A stretch of DNA of 64,000 bases from Candidatus Sungiibacteriota bacterium (GTDB taxonomy: Bacteria; Patescibacteriota; Minisyncoccia; Sungbacterales; HO2-52-23). Where the stretch lies: positions 317,538 to 381,537 of the forward strand of contig CP066690.1 in the NCBI GenBank assembly GCA_016432465.1, in the 5' to 3' direction. Of this stretch, positions 17,729-27,539 are shown piece after piece. Each line of letters opens with the position of its first letter. Within the stretch, counting starts at the first letter, position 1. The notes below the pieces were generated by a model. The model saw only the letters and a list, made by a program, of their open reading frames with translations. It made no database searches and was not told the origin of the DNA. The translations under genes and the position numbers were made by a program.

Positions 17729-18259
17729 ATGGCTTCTCTCTTTTTTATTTTTATAACTTTGGTGCTTGCCGGGGCGGTTTTATTTTTAATTATTGAGTTT
17801 TACGTGGTAATAATAGGAGAATTTTTTGGGGCCCCATACGTAAAATCTAAAAAAGACAAAATAAAAACAATGCTGGAGCTTGCCCAGATTAAACCCGGAG
17901 AAAAGGTGATTGATCTTGGTTCGGGAGACGGTTCTCTTGTGACTGAAGCCGCGGGGCGCGGCGCAGAAGCAATTGGTGTTGAAATAAACCCCTTTCTTGT
18001 CTGGTACTCAAGATGGCGTATCAAAAAAGCCAATCTTCAGGATAAGACAAAGATTATCCGCGGCGACTTCAGAAACTTTTCTTTGGATCAGGCGAATGTT
18101 GTTTTTCTTTATCTCTGGCCGGAGACAGTAGCAAAACTTAAAGAAAAACTTATCAGAGAACTGCGGCCGGGAGCAAGGGTTATATCCAACGGTTTTCCTC
18201 TTGCCGGCTGGCACCCTCAAGCCGCAGAAAACGGCGTATTTCTCTACCGGCGCCGCTGA
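17729..18259 (+). CDS. class I SAM-dependent methyltransferase with N-terminal TM helix
   Basis: Motif I VIDLGSGDGSLV; acidic motif II; post-I motif IGVEINP. Confidence 0.6.
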   Translation: MASLFFIFITLVLAGAVLFLIIEFYVVIIGEFFGAPYVKSKKDKIKTMLELAQIKPGEKVIDLGSGDGSLVTEAAGRGAEAIGVEINPFLVWYSRWRIKKANLQDKTKIIRGDFRNFSLDQANVVFLYLWPETVAKLKEKLIRELRPGARVISNGFPLAGWHPQAAENGVFLYRRR

Positions 18260-18305
18260 ATTGCCTTTATTTTATAAATGCCTATACTGGAAACTGGCAG
18301 AAAAC

Positions 18306-19829
18306 ATGGACGGAGATGAAATTCTAAAAATAAACGGGGAGATATTTCAAGTGGCCGAAGGAGGACAGAGGCCAACCAGCGCAATTACTAAAGAATATCT
18401 TGCCCAAAAAGGGCTTCCTGCTGATATTGCACTGACTTTCGAGGACGTGACCATTTTAGATTTTAAGTCTGACGTCCCTTCCCGCAGCGCTATTACCGAC
18501 ACCAAATCGCGTCTGGCCCGCGATATTTTTTTGCAAACACCTATTGTCTCGGCCAACATGGATACCATTACCGAATCACAGATGGCTATAGCTCTCGCGC
18601 GACTGGGAGGACTGGGATTCATACATCAATTTCTTCCCATAGAGCGAAGGGTGGAAGAAATAAAAAAAGTGAAACGCGCTGACAGCGGAGTCATTGAAAA
18701 CCCGTTTAACATTTCGCCCGAAGCAACCGTGGCCGAGGCAAAAAACTCAATGGAGAATTTTCAGATTTCCGGCCTCCTAGTTATTGACCCCGTAAGTGCC
18801 AAACTGGTGGGCATCATCACCTCCCGCGATGTCCGGTTTGAGACGATGCTTGAAAAACGAGTGGCGGAGGTTATGACCAACTCTCCGCTCATTACCGCCC
18901 CGCCCGGAACCACACTTGAACAAGCACGTGTAATCTTAAAGAAAAATAAAATTGAAAAACTGCCCCTGGTGGATAATGAGGAACGCGTAGTGGGCTTAAT
19001 TACGGCCAAAGACCTTCTAAAAATTGAGCAATACCCCAAGGCCCTCCGCGATCCAAAGGGCCGCCTTAGGGTGGGAGCAACCATAGGGGTCAGCGGAAAA
19101 TTTATAGAAGAGGCCGACCAGCTTCTCCGCGCCGGGGCAGACATTATCCTTATAGATACGGCTCGCGGATTTTCAACGAAACTTGAAGAAGCAATTAAAA
19201 ACTTAAAAAATTCTTTAGGAGAAAAAGTAATAATTGCCGCCGGCAATGTTGATACACCCGAGGGAGCGTTACTTTTAATAGAAGCCGGCGCCGATGCCGT
19301 GAAAATTGGAATTGGCGGAGGCGCGGTTTGTAAAACCCGTGAGGGCCCGGGAGTGGGAGTGCCGCAAATCAGCGCGATTGCCGAGTGTACGGCCGTTGCC
19401 CTTAAACACCGTGTCCCCATAATTGCGGATGGAGGAATTAGAGGCGGGGCTGATTTTTGCAAAGCATTAGCGGCCGGAGCTTCCACCGTAATGATGGGCT
19501 GGATGTTTGCCGGATGCGAGGAAACGCCCGGAGAACCTTTTTATGAGGACGGAGAGCAATGGAAGATTTATCGCGGATCGGCCTCGCTTGAATTTCAACT
19601 ATCGCGATCGGACCGCGACGAAGGAGAAAGAGTCCGCACGCCAGAGGGAGTGCCGAGACGCGTCCGCTACAAAGGGGAAGCCGCTGATGTGATACACGAA
19701 CTTATGAGCTACCTCCGCTCTTCTATGAGTTATGTAGGCACCTGGACACTGGAGGAGTACAGAAAAAAAACAAGGTTTAGGAGACAGACCATTTCCGGAT
19801 ACGAGGAGGGAAAACCGGCAAGACCATAA
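18306..19829 (+). CDS. guaB: inosine-5'-monophosphate dehydrogenase
   Basis: LTFEDVTILDF, tandem CBS region, active-site loop GIGGGAVCKTREGPGVGVPQISAI; ATG 18306 chosen because the longer track ORF overlaps the upstream gene. Confidence 0.85.
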   Translation: MDGDEILKINGEIFQVAEGGQRPTSAITKEYLAQKGLPADIALTFEDVTILDFKSDVPSRSAITDTKSRLARDIFLQTPIVSANMDTITESQMAIALARLGGLGFIHQFLPIERRVEEIKKVKRADSGVIENPFNISPEATVAEAKNSMENFQISGLLVIDPVSAKLVGIITSRDVRFETMLEKRVAEVMTNSPLITAPPGTTLEQARVILKKNKIEKLPLVDNEERVVGLITAKDLLKIEQYPKALRDPKGRLRVGATIGVSGKFIEEADQLLRAGADIILIDTARGFSTKLEEAIKNLKNSLGEKVIIAAGNVDTPEGALLLIEAGADAVKIGIGGGAVCKTREGPGVGVPQISAIAECTAVALKHRVPIIADGGIRGGADFCKALAAGASTVMMGWMFAGCEETPGEPFYEDGEQWKIYRGSASLEFQLSRSDRDEGERVRTPEGVPRRVRYKGEAADVIHELMSYLRSSMSYVGTWTLEEYRKKTRFRRQTISGYEEGKPARP

Positions 19830-19903
19830 TTGTACCTCCGATCCCTTTACAAATTATTTGAAACCTACATAATGGTCCGTAGGCCCTTGAAAGGAGAATC
19901 AGT

Positions 19904-22468
19904 ATGTCTGCACGTATAGGTGCTGAAGAGCTAAAAGAAGCCATTACTAAACTCAAGACCCAACCACGTTATTTAAGAGCTCCTTCCGGAAAAAAGGTTC
20001 TTAAAAAAGCAGTTAAGTCCGGACTTGATTGGAAAAAACTAGAAGAACTTTTTGGCAGATCACAATCAGCCATAGAAAAAGCGCTTAGTTATCATGGGGT
20101 TGCCAAGCCCCGTAATAAAACTTCTGATTATAGCGAAGAACAGCTAAAGATTGCAAAAGAAAAATATACTGCATCGTTTTTGGTTGAATCTAAACAGGGG
20201 TCGGCAGAACTTAGCCAACAAATGGTTCAAGCATTAAATGCCCAACGCCTACAGGAAGGTAAAAAAACAGTAAGTCTAAACGCGCTGCGCTGCGCCATAC
20301 ACGATCTTAAGCCCGATTGGAAATGGGGCTGGCCCGCAGCCAAAACAACCGCAACTAGTCCGCGGACTAAGCGGGAAGAAAAACCGCCAGAATTTCTCCA
20401 ACGACGCTGGCCCGAACCGGAAACAATAGAAGTACCACGTGACAAATGGGAACGTCCCGGAGCACGGGTTGCCTATCTTTCTTACAGCGCTTATAGAAAT
20501 AGCGGCTGGCGTCAAGGACTACCGCAGCTAGCCGTAGAAATCGCAGCAAACTACGGCTGTCACTTTCCGGTATTTGCCGGCGGACTGCTTGATAAGGAGT
20601 GGGTTCAAAAAGAGGTTAAAAGGCTGACCGCCAATTTTGGCAGAAGATACGCTGGTGAGATCACGGAGCATGTTAAAGACGAAATCGTTCGGGCGCTATT
20701 GTCCACTCTCCCTAAGTCCAAAAAACCAGACGGAAGCCTAGCGCGCTGGTATTTAATGGCCAGCATCCCTTACGACGGCCCGGAACAGCAGGCAGAGGCA
20801 ATTTTAAGAAGACTGCAGGAGCTGCGCGAAGACGTGAGACAATATAAAACCGGTGGCGAAAGAATAGAGATTAAACAACCAGACGGAAGACCAAGTATTT
20901 GGCATGGTGTGGTGCTTCCCAAAAAAAGACGTCTTTCCTCAAAATATATGAGCGCCAAACCAGAACGGGATATTGAGGACGTTGAAGATCAAACCTCAAG
21001 AGGTTATCCGGATCTTTGGGTGCATGGCACTTCGGCAACGGCCATCTTCAAACCCAGCGGTGAACGCGCGGTGCCCTATATAACTCTTCCGGCTATACAT
21101 AAACTAGAGGCCGAAAAAAAACAAATCGCGGAAAATCAGGTTGGTCTTGCCATTGTTGAGGAAATGCCGGACGGCGACCGTTTAATTCACTGGTGGAGTT
21201 TACGTGACCTCATTGCCCGTGAACGGGGATTTATTACCGGTATAAAAGAGGGCGCAACCGATCTTCACAAAAAAATCGTTGCCATTATAAAACGGGAAGG
21301 GGCACGCCACCCCGGCCGTTTGGCAGATGAACTTGGAATTGACCGGCAAACCCTAAATCAGGAAATTCAATTTCTGGTAGAACCGAAACGCTCCGGCCGC
21401 CTTACTTGGCCGGGACTACAGTATGACGAACACTCTCAACGATATGATTTCCACGGAGACTGGACTCAGGAGATGCTTCGCTATGCCCTACCCAGAGACG
21501 GCGAGGGCTGGCATGAAGATTCTTTTCTATTTTTTGGATGCTTGCATGCAGGATACACCACTACTGACTATGACTTTGTAGTAAAGAACTTCCCTGAAAT
21601 TATTCTTAAATATGGCATTAAGGTTCTGGCGGGGGTTGGTGACTTTATAGCGGGACTCCATCATAGCTTCATGCATAAAGGCGAAATTTTCCAGTTGAAC
21701 AATACCGAGCAGGAACAGTTTGCCGGAGAGATCGTGGCAACCGTAATCTATAAAGTCTTTACGGCCAGATTTGAGGAAGCACTGAAATTATTTGAGGGAC
21801 GAACCCCCACCACGGAAGAAATAACTTCTTTGGTTGATAAATCGCTTCTTCTCTTCCTGATTAAGAAAGGGAACCACGACACGTGGCAGGAATATGACGG
21901 CAATACTGCCCTACAGAAATTCTACGATACGTTAACCGCACTTCTTCCTTACCATCTTCGGGTCTATCTTGCAGGAAAGGGTTTTACTACTATTGATCCT
22001 ACGGCTATTGTCAGAAAAAAAACGGTTCTTGTGCCCGAACACAGGCCCGTCTACACCCTTCCCTCCGGAATAAATGTTGGTTTAACCCACCCCCACATGG
22101 CCCGCGCTGATACCACCTCTTTAAGAGCAGAAAAGGCGCTTAAGTTTTTCGCCCAAAGATACGGATGTCAGGTTGTAGGTGTAGCCAACTTCCACGTTGC
22201 AGTTTGCGCCCATAAATGGTGGCCTAAAAACGGACAGTGTGTTGTCATGCAAACGGGAACCGAGGTCATCCTTACAGACTTTGAGTATAACAAGCTGAAG
22301 GGTCTTGACTTCGGACCGCTACTCCTTAAAACACTTTCTTATAAAGGAAGAATTTACAGAACAACAATGGCGGCCTTTAATAAGCCGCTGCTTACTGAAG
22401 AGGAAATTCCGCCAAAATGGACGGACGTGACGAAACTCAAGAAGAGACTGGGACTTCTGGGATATTAG
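19904..22468 (+). CDS. large multidomain protein: N-terminal unknown region, central winged-HTH-like segment, C-terminal calcineurin-like metallophosphoesterase domain
   Basis: RBS GAAAGGAGAATC then ATG 19904; C-terminal third carries ordered phosphoesterase motifs FFGCLHAG (variant of GDxHG), GVGDFIAGLHH (GDxxD), KGNHD (GNHE), GLTHPH (GH/xH); HTH-like KKIVAIIKREGARHPGRLADELGIDRQTLNQEIQFLV. Confidence 0.55.
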   Translation: MSARIGAEELKEAITKLKTQPRYLRAPSGKKVLKKAVKSGLDWKKLEELFGRSQSAIEKALSYHGVAKPRNKTSDYSEEQLKIAKEKYTASFLVESKQGSAELSQQMVQALNAQRLQEGKKTVSLNALRCAIHDLKPDWKWGWPAAKTTATSPRTKREEKPPEFLQRRWPEPETIEVPRDKWERPGARVAYLSYSAYRNSGWRQGLPQLAVEIAANYGCHFPVFAGGLLDKEWVQKEVKRLTANFGRRYAGEITEHVKDEIVRALLSTLPKSKKPDGSLARWYLMASIPYDGPEQQAEAILRRLQELREDVRQYKTGGERIEIKQPDGRPSIWHGVVLPKKRRLSSKYMSAKPERDIEDVEDQTSRGYPDLWVHGTSATAIFKPSGERAVPYITLPAIHKLEAEKKQIAENQVGLAIVEEMPDGDRLIHWWSLRDLIARERGFITGIKEGATDLHKKIVAIIKREGARHPGRLADELGIDRQTLNQEIQFLVEPKRSGRLTWPGLQYDEHSQRYDFHGDWTQEMLRYALPRDGEGWHEDSFLFFGCLHAGYTTTDYDFVVKNFPEIILKYGIKVLAGVGDFIAGLHHSFMHKGEIFQLNNTEQEQFAGEIVATVIYKVFTARFEEALKLFEGRTPTTEEITSLVDKSLLLFLIKKGNHDTWQEYDGNTALQKFYDTLTALLPYHLRVYLAGKGFTTIDPTAIVRKKTVLVPEHRPVYTLPSGINVGLTHPHMARADTTSLRAEKALKFFAQRYGCQVVGVANFHVAVCAHKWWPKNGQCVVMQTGTEVILTDFEYNKLKGLDFGPLLLKTLSYKGRIYRTTMAAFNKPLLTEEEIPPKWTDVTKLKKRLGLLGY

Positions 22469-22575
22469 TTCAAAACAAAAACCCCCTCGGGGGTTTTTCC
22501 ATTTGGATTTGATAAAAACAGCAACTTATGCCTATAGTAGACCTAGACTTTTGAAATCATGAAAGGTGGTTGTTT

Positions 22576-24999
22576 ATGGCTCGTAAAAATAAGGGCCCCG
22601 GACGAGGCGGTGGCGCGCCTCCGCAAAACATTCTTCCCTGTATCTGGGCGTACGCACCCGTCTACTTTCCCGGTGCCGACCTCAAAATTTCAGTCAAGAA
22701 AAATCAGGAACTTATAGAAAGACTAACGGAATCGCCGTATATCATTGTTGCCAACGTAAGAGAAGAAGCGCAGGAAGACGCAGACGAAAATTTCCTACAG
22801 GTAAGTATTCTAGCAAAAGTGCTGCGGTTTAGCGAACAAAACAGCGCACTTATAATAGACCTTCGACTAAAAAAAAGAATAGCAATCGTGGGCTGGCCAA
22901 CAGCTAACATACTAAGACTGGCAGAGTGGGAAGACGTGTACGAAGAAAAACCAACGGAAGAGAATATGCAAAACCCGGAAGTTACCGCCAAAATCCTGAA
23001 ATTAATTGAGGCGCCAGCCCGCATACGTGAACTACCCCCAAGAATGCCAAGCGATTGGTTCAGTAAAGGAAGCCTGAACTCAACCATAGATCTCCTGGCC
23101 TATCTTCTTAACCTGCGGCGCTCCTCGCGTGTAATCACGAGGCTCCACGAAATTCTGGAGGAACTTAACATTATAAAAAGACTAGATCTCCTCGTCAAAC
23201 TTCTAGACGACATGGCTGCGCTGCCAGACAACTTCAAACCAGACCACCCGGCGGCCCAAACCAAGACGCCGGATACACCAAGCGGCGCTAGTGAGAACAG
23301 CCCGCAAAAAAGATACGAACAAATCAAGGATAAATTGCCGGAAGAGGCACGGAAAGAGATTGAAAAAGAGTTAGCCAGACTACGCCGGGGTATGCATCCA
23401 TCCGAAGCTTCCATGACCATGGACCACTTGGATCTTTTACTATGGCTACCTTGGGAAGTTTATACCGAAGATACAAAAGACCTGCGCGAAGTAAAAAAAA
23501 GTCTGGACGAAGACCACTGGGGCTTAGAAGATGTTAAAGAAAGAATACTGGAATTTCTGGCCGTAAGGCAGCTTAATCCTTCCGCCAAATCACCAATTCT
23601 TTGTTTTGTCGGACCGCCGGGTGTTGGAAAAACATCACTGGGACAGTCAATTGCGCACGCCCTCGGAAGAAAATTTGCGAGTCTCGCTTTAGGCGGCATG
23701 AGAGACGAGGCCGAAATCAGAGGACACGGCGGCACTTATATAAACGCTAAACCCGGCAAAATCATTGAAGAACTTTTAAGATGCGGCAGTGCCAACCCGG
23801 TATTTATGCTGGACGAAATTGATAAGGTTGGGCAGGACTGGCGAGGGGACCCGGCCGCGGCACTGCTGGAAGCACTAGACCCGGAACAGAACCACAGATT
23901 TTACGATCGGTATCTTAATGTTCGTTTTAATCTGTCACGGGTTCTGTTTATTACTACGGCCAATATCGTGGATACCATAGTTCCGGCATTGATAGACCGA
24001 ATGGAAATTATTGAACTCCCGGGCTATACGCCGCTGGAAAAACTAAAAATTGCGCAGCAACATTTGATAAAAAGAAGGAGAAAAGAAAACGGGTTCCCGG
24101 TAAAACTGGAGGATGGCAGTTTTGTGGATTTAAATTTCTCGGACGGAGCAGTATTAAAACTTATTCACCAGTATACCCAGGAGGCTGGGGTAAGAAATCT
24201 GGAACGGGAAATTGATGAACCATTCCGCAAAATAGCCAAAGAGATACTGATGGGCGAAATCCCATCCCAACATACAGTAGATATTACCAAACAAAATCTC
24301 CATATTTACTGCGGGAATCCGCCATTAGTAGAGCGTCAAGTGCCAGATACGCTGCCGCCGGGTGTGGTACCGATTCTAGCCGTATCTGATGCGGGTGGCC
24401 ACGTGTTTGAGGCAGAGGTAGAAAAAGGGTTTCACGCTGGCGGAAGAAAGATCACTATTACCGGTGTACGGGAATCGTTGGAATCAAAGGAGTCTGTAAA
24501 TAAAATAGAAGAGTCGTTAAAAATTGCGTTTGATGCCTTAACGATGTGCGGAAGAATACTCTTTGAACGTACGAGAGAACTTGAACAAGACGGCCCGCTC
24601 TTTGTCAGAGGTAACATAACTAACGGCGGAATACCCAAAGACGGCCCTTCAGCCGGCGTATCGCTTTGGTTAGCAACTTACGGCGCCCTTACCGGACAAT
24701 CGGTCAAACCAACCAAAGATACTCCCCTGCTGGCCGCCACCGGAGAAATCACGCTAAATCTAAATATGGTTCGCGTTATTGGCGGCATCCGTGACAAAAT
24801 TTTGGCGGCGCACCGATACGGCATTAAAAAACTTATCATCCCCAAAGATAACGAACCCGAACTTGAGGACGTTCCCAGAGAAATACTGGATGAGGTGGAA
24901 ATAATCCCGGTACAATCAATGCTGGAAGCGCTGGCCGTTGCTTACCCCGACGACCAACGCATAAAAAAATATATTGAAAAAGCACAGCAAGGCTCGTAA
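22576..24999 (+). CDS. lon: ATP-dependent Lon protease
   Basis: Walker A GPPGVGKTS, AAA+ region, S16 catalytic motif PKDGPSAGVS; RBS GAAAGGTGG before ATG 22576 (track start 22570 is a TTG). Confidence 0.9.
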   Translation: MARKNKGPGRGGGAPPQNILPCIWAYAPVYFPGADLKISVKKNQELIERLTESPYIIVANVREEAQEDADENFLQVSILAKVLRFSEQNSALIIDLRLKKRIAIVGWPTANILRLAEWEDVYEEKPTEENMQNPEVTAKILKLIEAPARIRELPPRMPSDWFSKGSLNSTIDLLAYLLNLRRSSRVITRLHEILEELNIIKRLDLLVKLLDDMAALPDNFKPDHPAAQTKTPDTPSGASENSPQKRYEQIKDKLPEEARKEIEKELARLRRGMHPSEASMTMDHLDLLLWLPWEVYTEDTKDLREVKKSLDEDHWGLEDVKERILEFLAVRQLNPSAKSPILCFVGPPGVGKTSLGQSIAHALGRKFASLALGGMRDEAEIRGHGGTYINAKPGKIIEELLRCGSANPVFMLDEIDKVGQDWRGDPAAALLEALDPEQNHRFYDRYLNVRFNLSRVLFITTANIVDTIVPALIDRMEIIELPGYTPLEKLKIAQQHLIKRRRKENGFPVKLEDGSFVDLNFSDGAVLKLIHQYTQEAGVRNLEREIDEPFRKIAKEILMGEIPSQHTVDITKQNLHIYCGNPPLVERQVPDTLPPGVVPILAVSDAGGHVFEAEVEKGFHAGGRKITITGVRESLESKESVNKIEESLKIAFDALTMCGRILFERTRELEQDGPLFVRGNITNGGIPKDGPSAGVSLWLATYGALTGQSVKPTKDTPLLAATGEITLNLNMVRVIGGIRDKILAAHRYGIKKLIIPKDNEPELEDVPREILDEVEIIPVQSMLEALAVAYPDDQRIKKYIEKAQQGS

Positions 25000-25031
25000 C
25001 GAGCCTTGTTTTTTGTTAAGATAACAAAATC

Positions 25032-26690
25032 ATGACGTTCAAAAACCGTAAAGAAGCGGGGGAAAAATTAGCAGAAGCGCTCTTAGGCTTCAAAAACGCC
25101 AAGAATACACTTGTCCTTGCGCTGCCGCGTGGAGGAGTTGTGGTTGGGTACGAAATTTCGCAGGCTCTCAATTTACCGCTTGATATTGTGGTACCGCGCA
25201 AAATTGGTGCGCCCTCTGACCCGGAGTATGCCATTGGCGCAATTACTGAAAGCGGAGAAGGAATTTTTAATACCCGGGAACTAGCCGGCATTGACCAAGA
25301 CTGGTTTAAAAAAGAAGTTGAAAAAGAGAAAAAAGAGGCGGAGCGCAGACTCAAGCTTTATCGCGGCAATCGTCCTTACTCCCAGCTTTTAGGAAAAATA
25401 GTAATTATCGTTGATGACGGAGTAGCGACGGGATACACCATGCGTGCGGCCCTTAAATCAGTACGCGGCCAAAAACCACAAAAAATAATTGTCGCAGTGC
25501 CGCATGGAGCCAAAGATTCACTGGAACAATTGCGTAAAGAAGCCGACGAGGTAATTTCTCTGATTGAGCCGGAGTGGTACGGAGCAGTTGGAATGTTTTA
25601 CGAAGAATTTCCTCAAACTACTGACAAGGAAGTAATTCAACTTTTAGGCGGAGTCGGGCGCAAAGAAACGCTCACAATCAAACATGACGAAAAAAGGAGT
25701 ATAAAATTTAGAGTATTTATCTTAATACTTATTGCGGCCGCGGGTTTAATTATAAATGAAGTCTACTTACCTCACACCAAATTTCTCAATGCCCAAACAG
25801 TAGAAATAGCGCCCGGTCTTGGCCCACGTAAAATTGCGGAGCTTCTTAAACAAAACGGCGTCATAAGATCAAGGTGGACTTTTATACTCTATACAGCACT
25901 AACCGGTCGGGCCTCTGACCTTAAACCCGGAAATTACGTATTCTTTAATTCTGCCGCAATCCCATCTGTTGTCCGTGACCTTGTACGCGGCGGAACTAAC
26001 GAGATCGCGCTTACTATTCCAGAGGGATGGAGCACTAAAGATATTGCCCGTTATCTGGAAAGTCGGGGGCTTGGAACCTACCACGATCTCCTAAAACTTA
26101 TATCTGTCCAGCCTCCGGGGTTGGACAAATTTGACTTTCTTAAAGATAAACCAAAAAACGCCGGACTTGAGGGGTATCTTTTTCCTGACACCTATAGAGT
26201 TTTTAAAAACGCAGTGCCGGAAGACATTGTGGTAAAAATGCTTGAAAATTTTGATAAAAAGCTGGGGCCGGAGCTACGTCAAGAAATTTCCCGCCAAGGA
26301 AAAACTACTTTTGAAATTATAACTACGGCCTCGCTCATTGAAAAAGAAGTGGTCTCGGACGAAGATCGCGCGCTAGTTTCGGGGATTCTTTGGAAACGGC
26401 TTGAAACTGGAGTTGGACTTCAGGTGGATGCAACCATAAATTATATCACCGGTAAAAAAACTACAAAAATTTCACGGGAGGAAACCCAAATTGACTCACT
26501 ATATAACACCTATAAATACCGCGGCCTTCCTCCGGGGCCAATTGCCAACCCCGGCCTTTCCGCTATCCGCGCGGCTATTTATCCCCAAGAGTCGCCGTAT
26601 CTTTATTATCTTTCCACACCCAACGGACAAACCATATTTTCAACAACGCTAGAAGAACACAATCTTGCTAAGGCAAAATATCTAAAATGA
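25032..26690 (+). CDS. possible fusion: N-terminal phosphoribosyltransferase domain + C-terminal MltG/YceG endolytic transglycosylase
   Basis: PRTase motif KIVIIVDDGVATGYTMRAA (res ~120-140); then TM RVFILILIAAAGLII and MltG-like region (PEGWSTKDIARYLE..., GLPPGPIANPGLSAIRAAIYP); a single continuous frame with no stop between domains. Confidence 0.6.
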   Translation: MTFKNRKEAGEKLAEALLGFKNAKNTLVLALPRGGVVVGYEISQALNLPLDIVVPRKIGAPSDPEYAIGAITESGEGIFNTRELAGIDQDWFKKEVEKEKKEAERRLKLYRGNRPYSQLLGKIVIIVDDGVATGYTMRAALKSVRGQKPQKIIVAVPHGAKDSLEQLRKEADEVISLIEPEWYGAVGMFYEEFPQTTDKEVIQLLGGVGRKETLTIKHDEKRSIKFRVFILILIAAAGLIINEVYLPHTKFLNAQTVEIAPGLGPRKIAELLKQNGVIRSRWTFILYTALTGRASDLKPGNYVFFNSAAIPSVVRDLVRGGTNEIALTIPEGWSTKDIARYLESRGLGTYHDLLKLISVQPPGLDKFDFLKDKPKNAGLEGYLFPDTYRVFKNAVPEDIVVKMLENFDKKLGPELRQEISRQGKTTFEIITTASLIEKEVVSDEDRALVSGILWKRLETGVGLQVDATINYITGKKTTKISREETQIDSLYNTYKYRGLPPGPIANPGLSAIRAAIYPQESPYLYYLSTPNGQTIFSTTLEEHNLAKAKYLK

Positions 26691-26740
26691 AGCTCTCTGT
26701 GTCAAAAACGCGGAGTATCTTGATTAGTACAAAAAAATTA

Positions 26741-26779
26741 GAGGGTGGGTCATACTGACCTACCCTCTAGTTCAATTTC
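26741..26779. terminator. bidirectional terminator hairpin
   Basis: AGAGGGTGGGTCATACTGACCTACCCTCT between convergent genes. Confidence 0.5.
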
Positions 26780-26828
26780 CTTCAGAAAACTATCAATCCA
26801 ATCGGCCTTTTCTTCGGGCCGAGCAAAT

Positions 26829-27047
26829 TTATCGGGCATTCTTTATAGCGTCGCAAAGGACCGCCCTGCCGACCCTCAGTGTATAATACGCCAAACACGC
26901 GTTGAAAACAAAAACACCACTATTACAAAATGCGGCTGATTCGTCCCGCATTACTAACACGGTTTCTCCGGCCTTAAACTCTTTTCCGCAAGTTGAACAC
27001 TTGGTAAGGGTTGGTTTCTCCCAAGGCGGATATCTTTCCTCCACCAC
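26829..27047 (-). CDS. small hypothetical protein (possible zinc ribbon)
   Basis: GTG start; CSTCGKEF...FCNSG...ACLAYY Cys pattern; weak evidence. Confidence 0.35.
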   Translation of the reverse strand: MVEERYPPWEKPTLTKCSTCGKEFKAGETVLVMRDESAAFCNSGVFVFNACLAYYTLRVGRAVLCDAIKNAR

Positions 27048-27080
27048 CCCTTTCTCCCTTCTCCCTAAGTAGGACTACGT

Positions 27081-27209
27081 AAATGAAGCTCCACGGGCAA
27101 GCCCGTGGTATCCACGGTTACACTTATCAAGCCTGCGGGCTTGCCCGTGAAGCGAAATCCCGCACCGAAGACCACCATTCATCCACGGGCAAGCCCGTGG
27201 TCTTCTGGT
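27081..27209. repeat. GC-rich palindromic repeat cluster (three copies of CCACGGGCAAGCCCGTGG-like hairpin, two orientations)
   Basis: 27084-27101, 27128-27142 (inverted: CGGGCTTGCCCGTG) and 27175-27192, plus flanking inverted repeat GCACCGAAGACC / GGTCTTCTGGTGC. Confidence 0.55.
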
Positions 27210-27239
27210 GCGTGGATAAAACAAGGCGGCTAGTATGCT

Positions 27240-27491
27240 CTATTCAACAGTTATGAATGTAACTTCTTGCGCCCTGATAATTTCTGTTCCGGTTGAATCA
27301 ACGACCTCCACCTCCGCCCATTTAATGAAGGTGGATGGAGACCTCCACTGATTAATCGCGCAACCTGTGATCCTAGCGAATTTCCTAATCGCATCGGACG
27401 CAGTAAAAACATGTCTTGAACTTAGGATAACAATTATTGGTGTCTCTGTGTCGTGGGCCTTACCCGCTTTATAGATTACAAAACCTTTCAT
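27240..27491 (-). CDS. hypothetical protein
   Basis: 83-aa ORF; no recognisable motifs. Confidence 0.45.
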   Translation of the reverse strand: MKGFVIYKAGKAHDTETPIIVILSSRHVFTASDAIRKFARITGCAINQWRSPSTFIKWAEVEVVDSTGTEIIRAQEVTFITVE

Positions 27492-27539
27492 CGCCTACCC
27501 CCCCTTCTGTCTACCTCAAACTTACCACATTATCAAAAT

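Noticed and set aside
18761-19486. 241-aa minus-strand ORF inside guaB
   Set aside because: Antisense to a confidently identified IMPDH gene; Ala/Ser/Pro-rich translation typical of spurious antisense frames
27081-27209. Possible CRISPR array (short GC-rich repeats)
   Set aside because: Only three copies, in mixed orientation, with irregular spacing and overlapping outer inverted repeats; no cas genes; fits a REP/BOX-like palindromic element better
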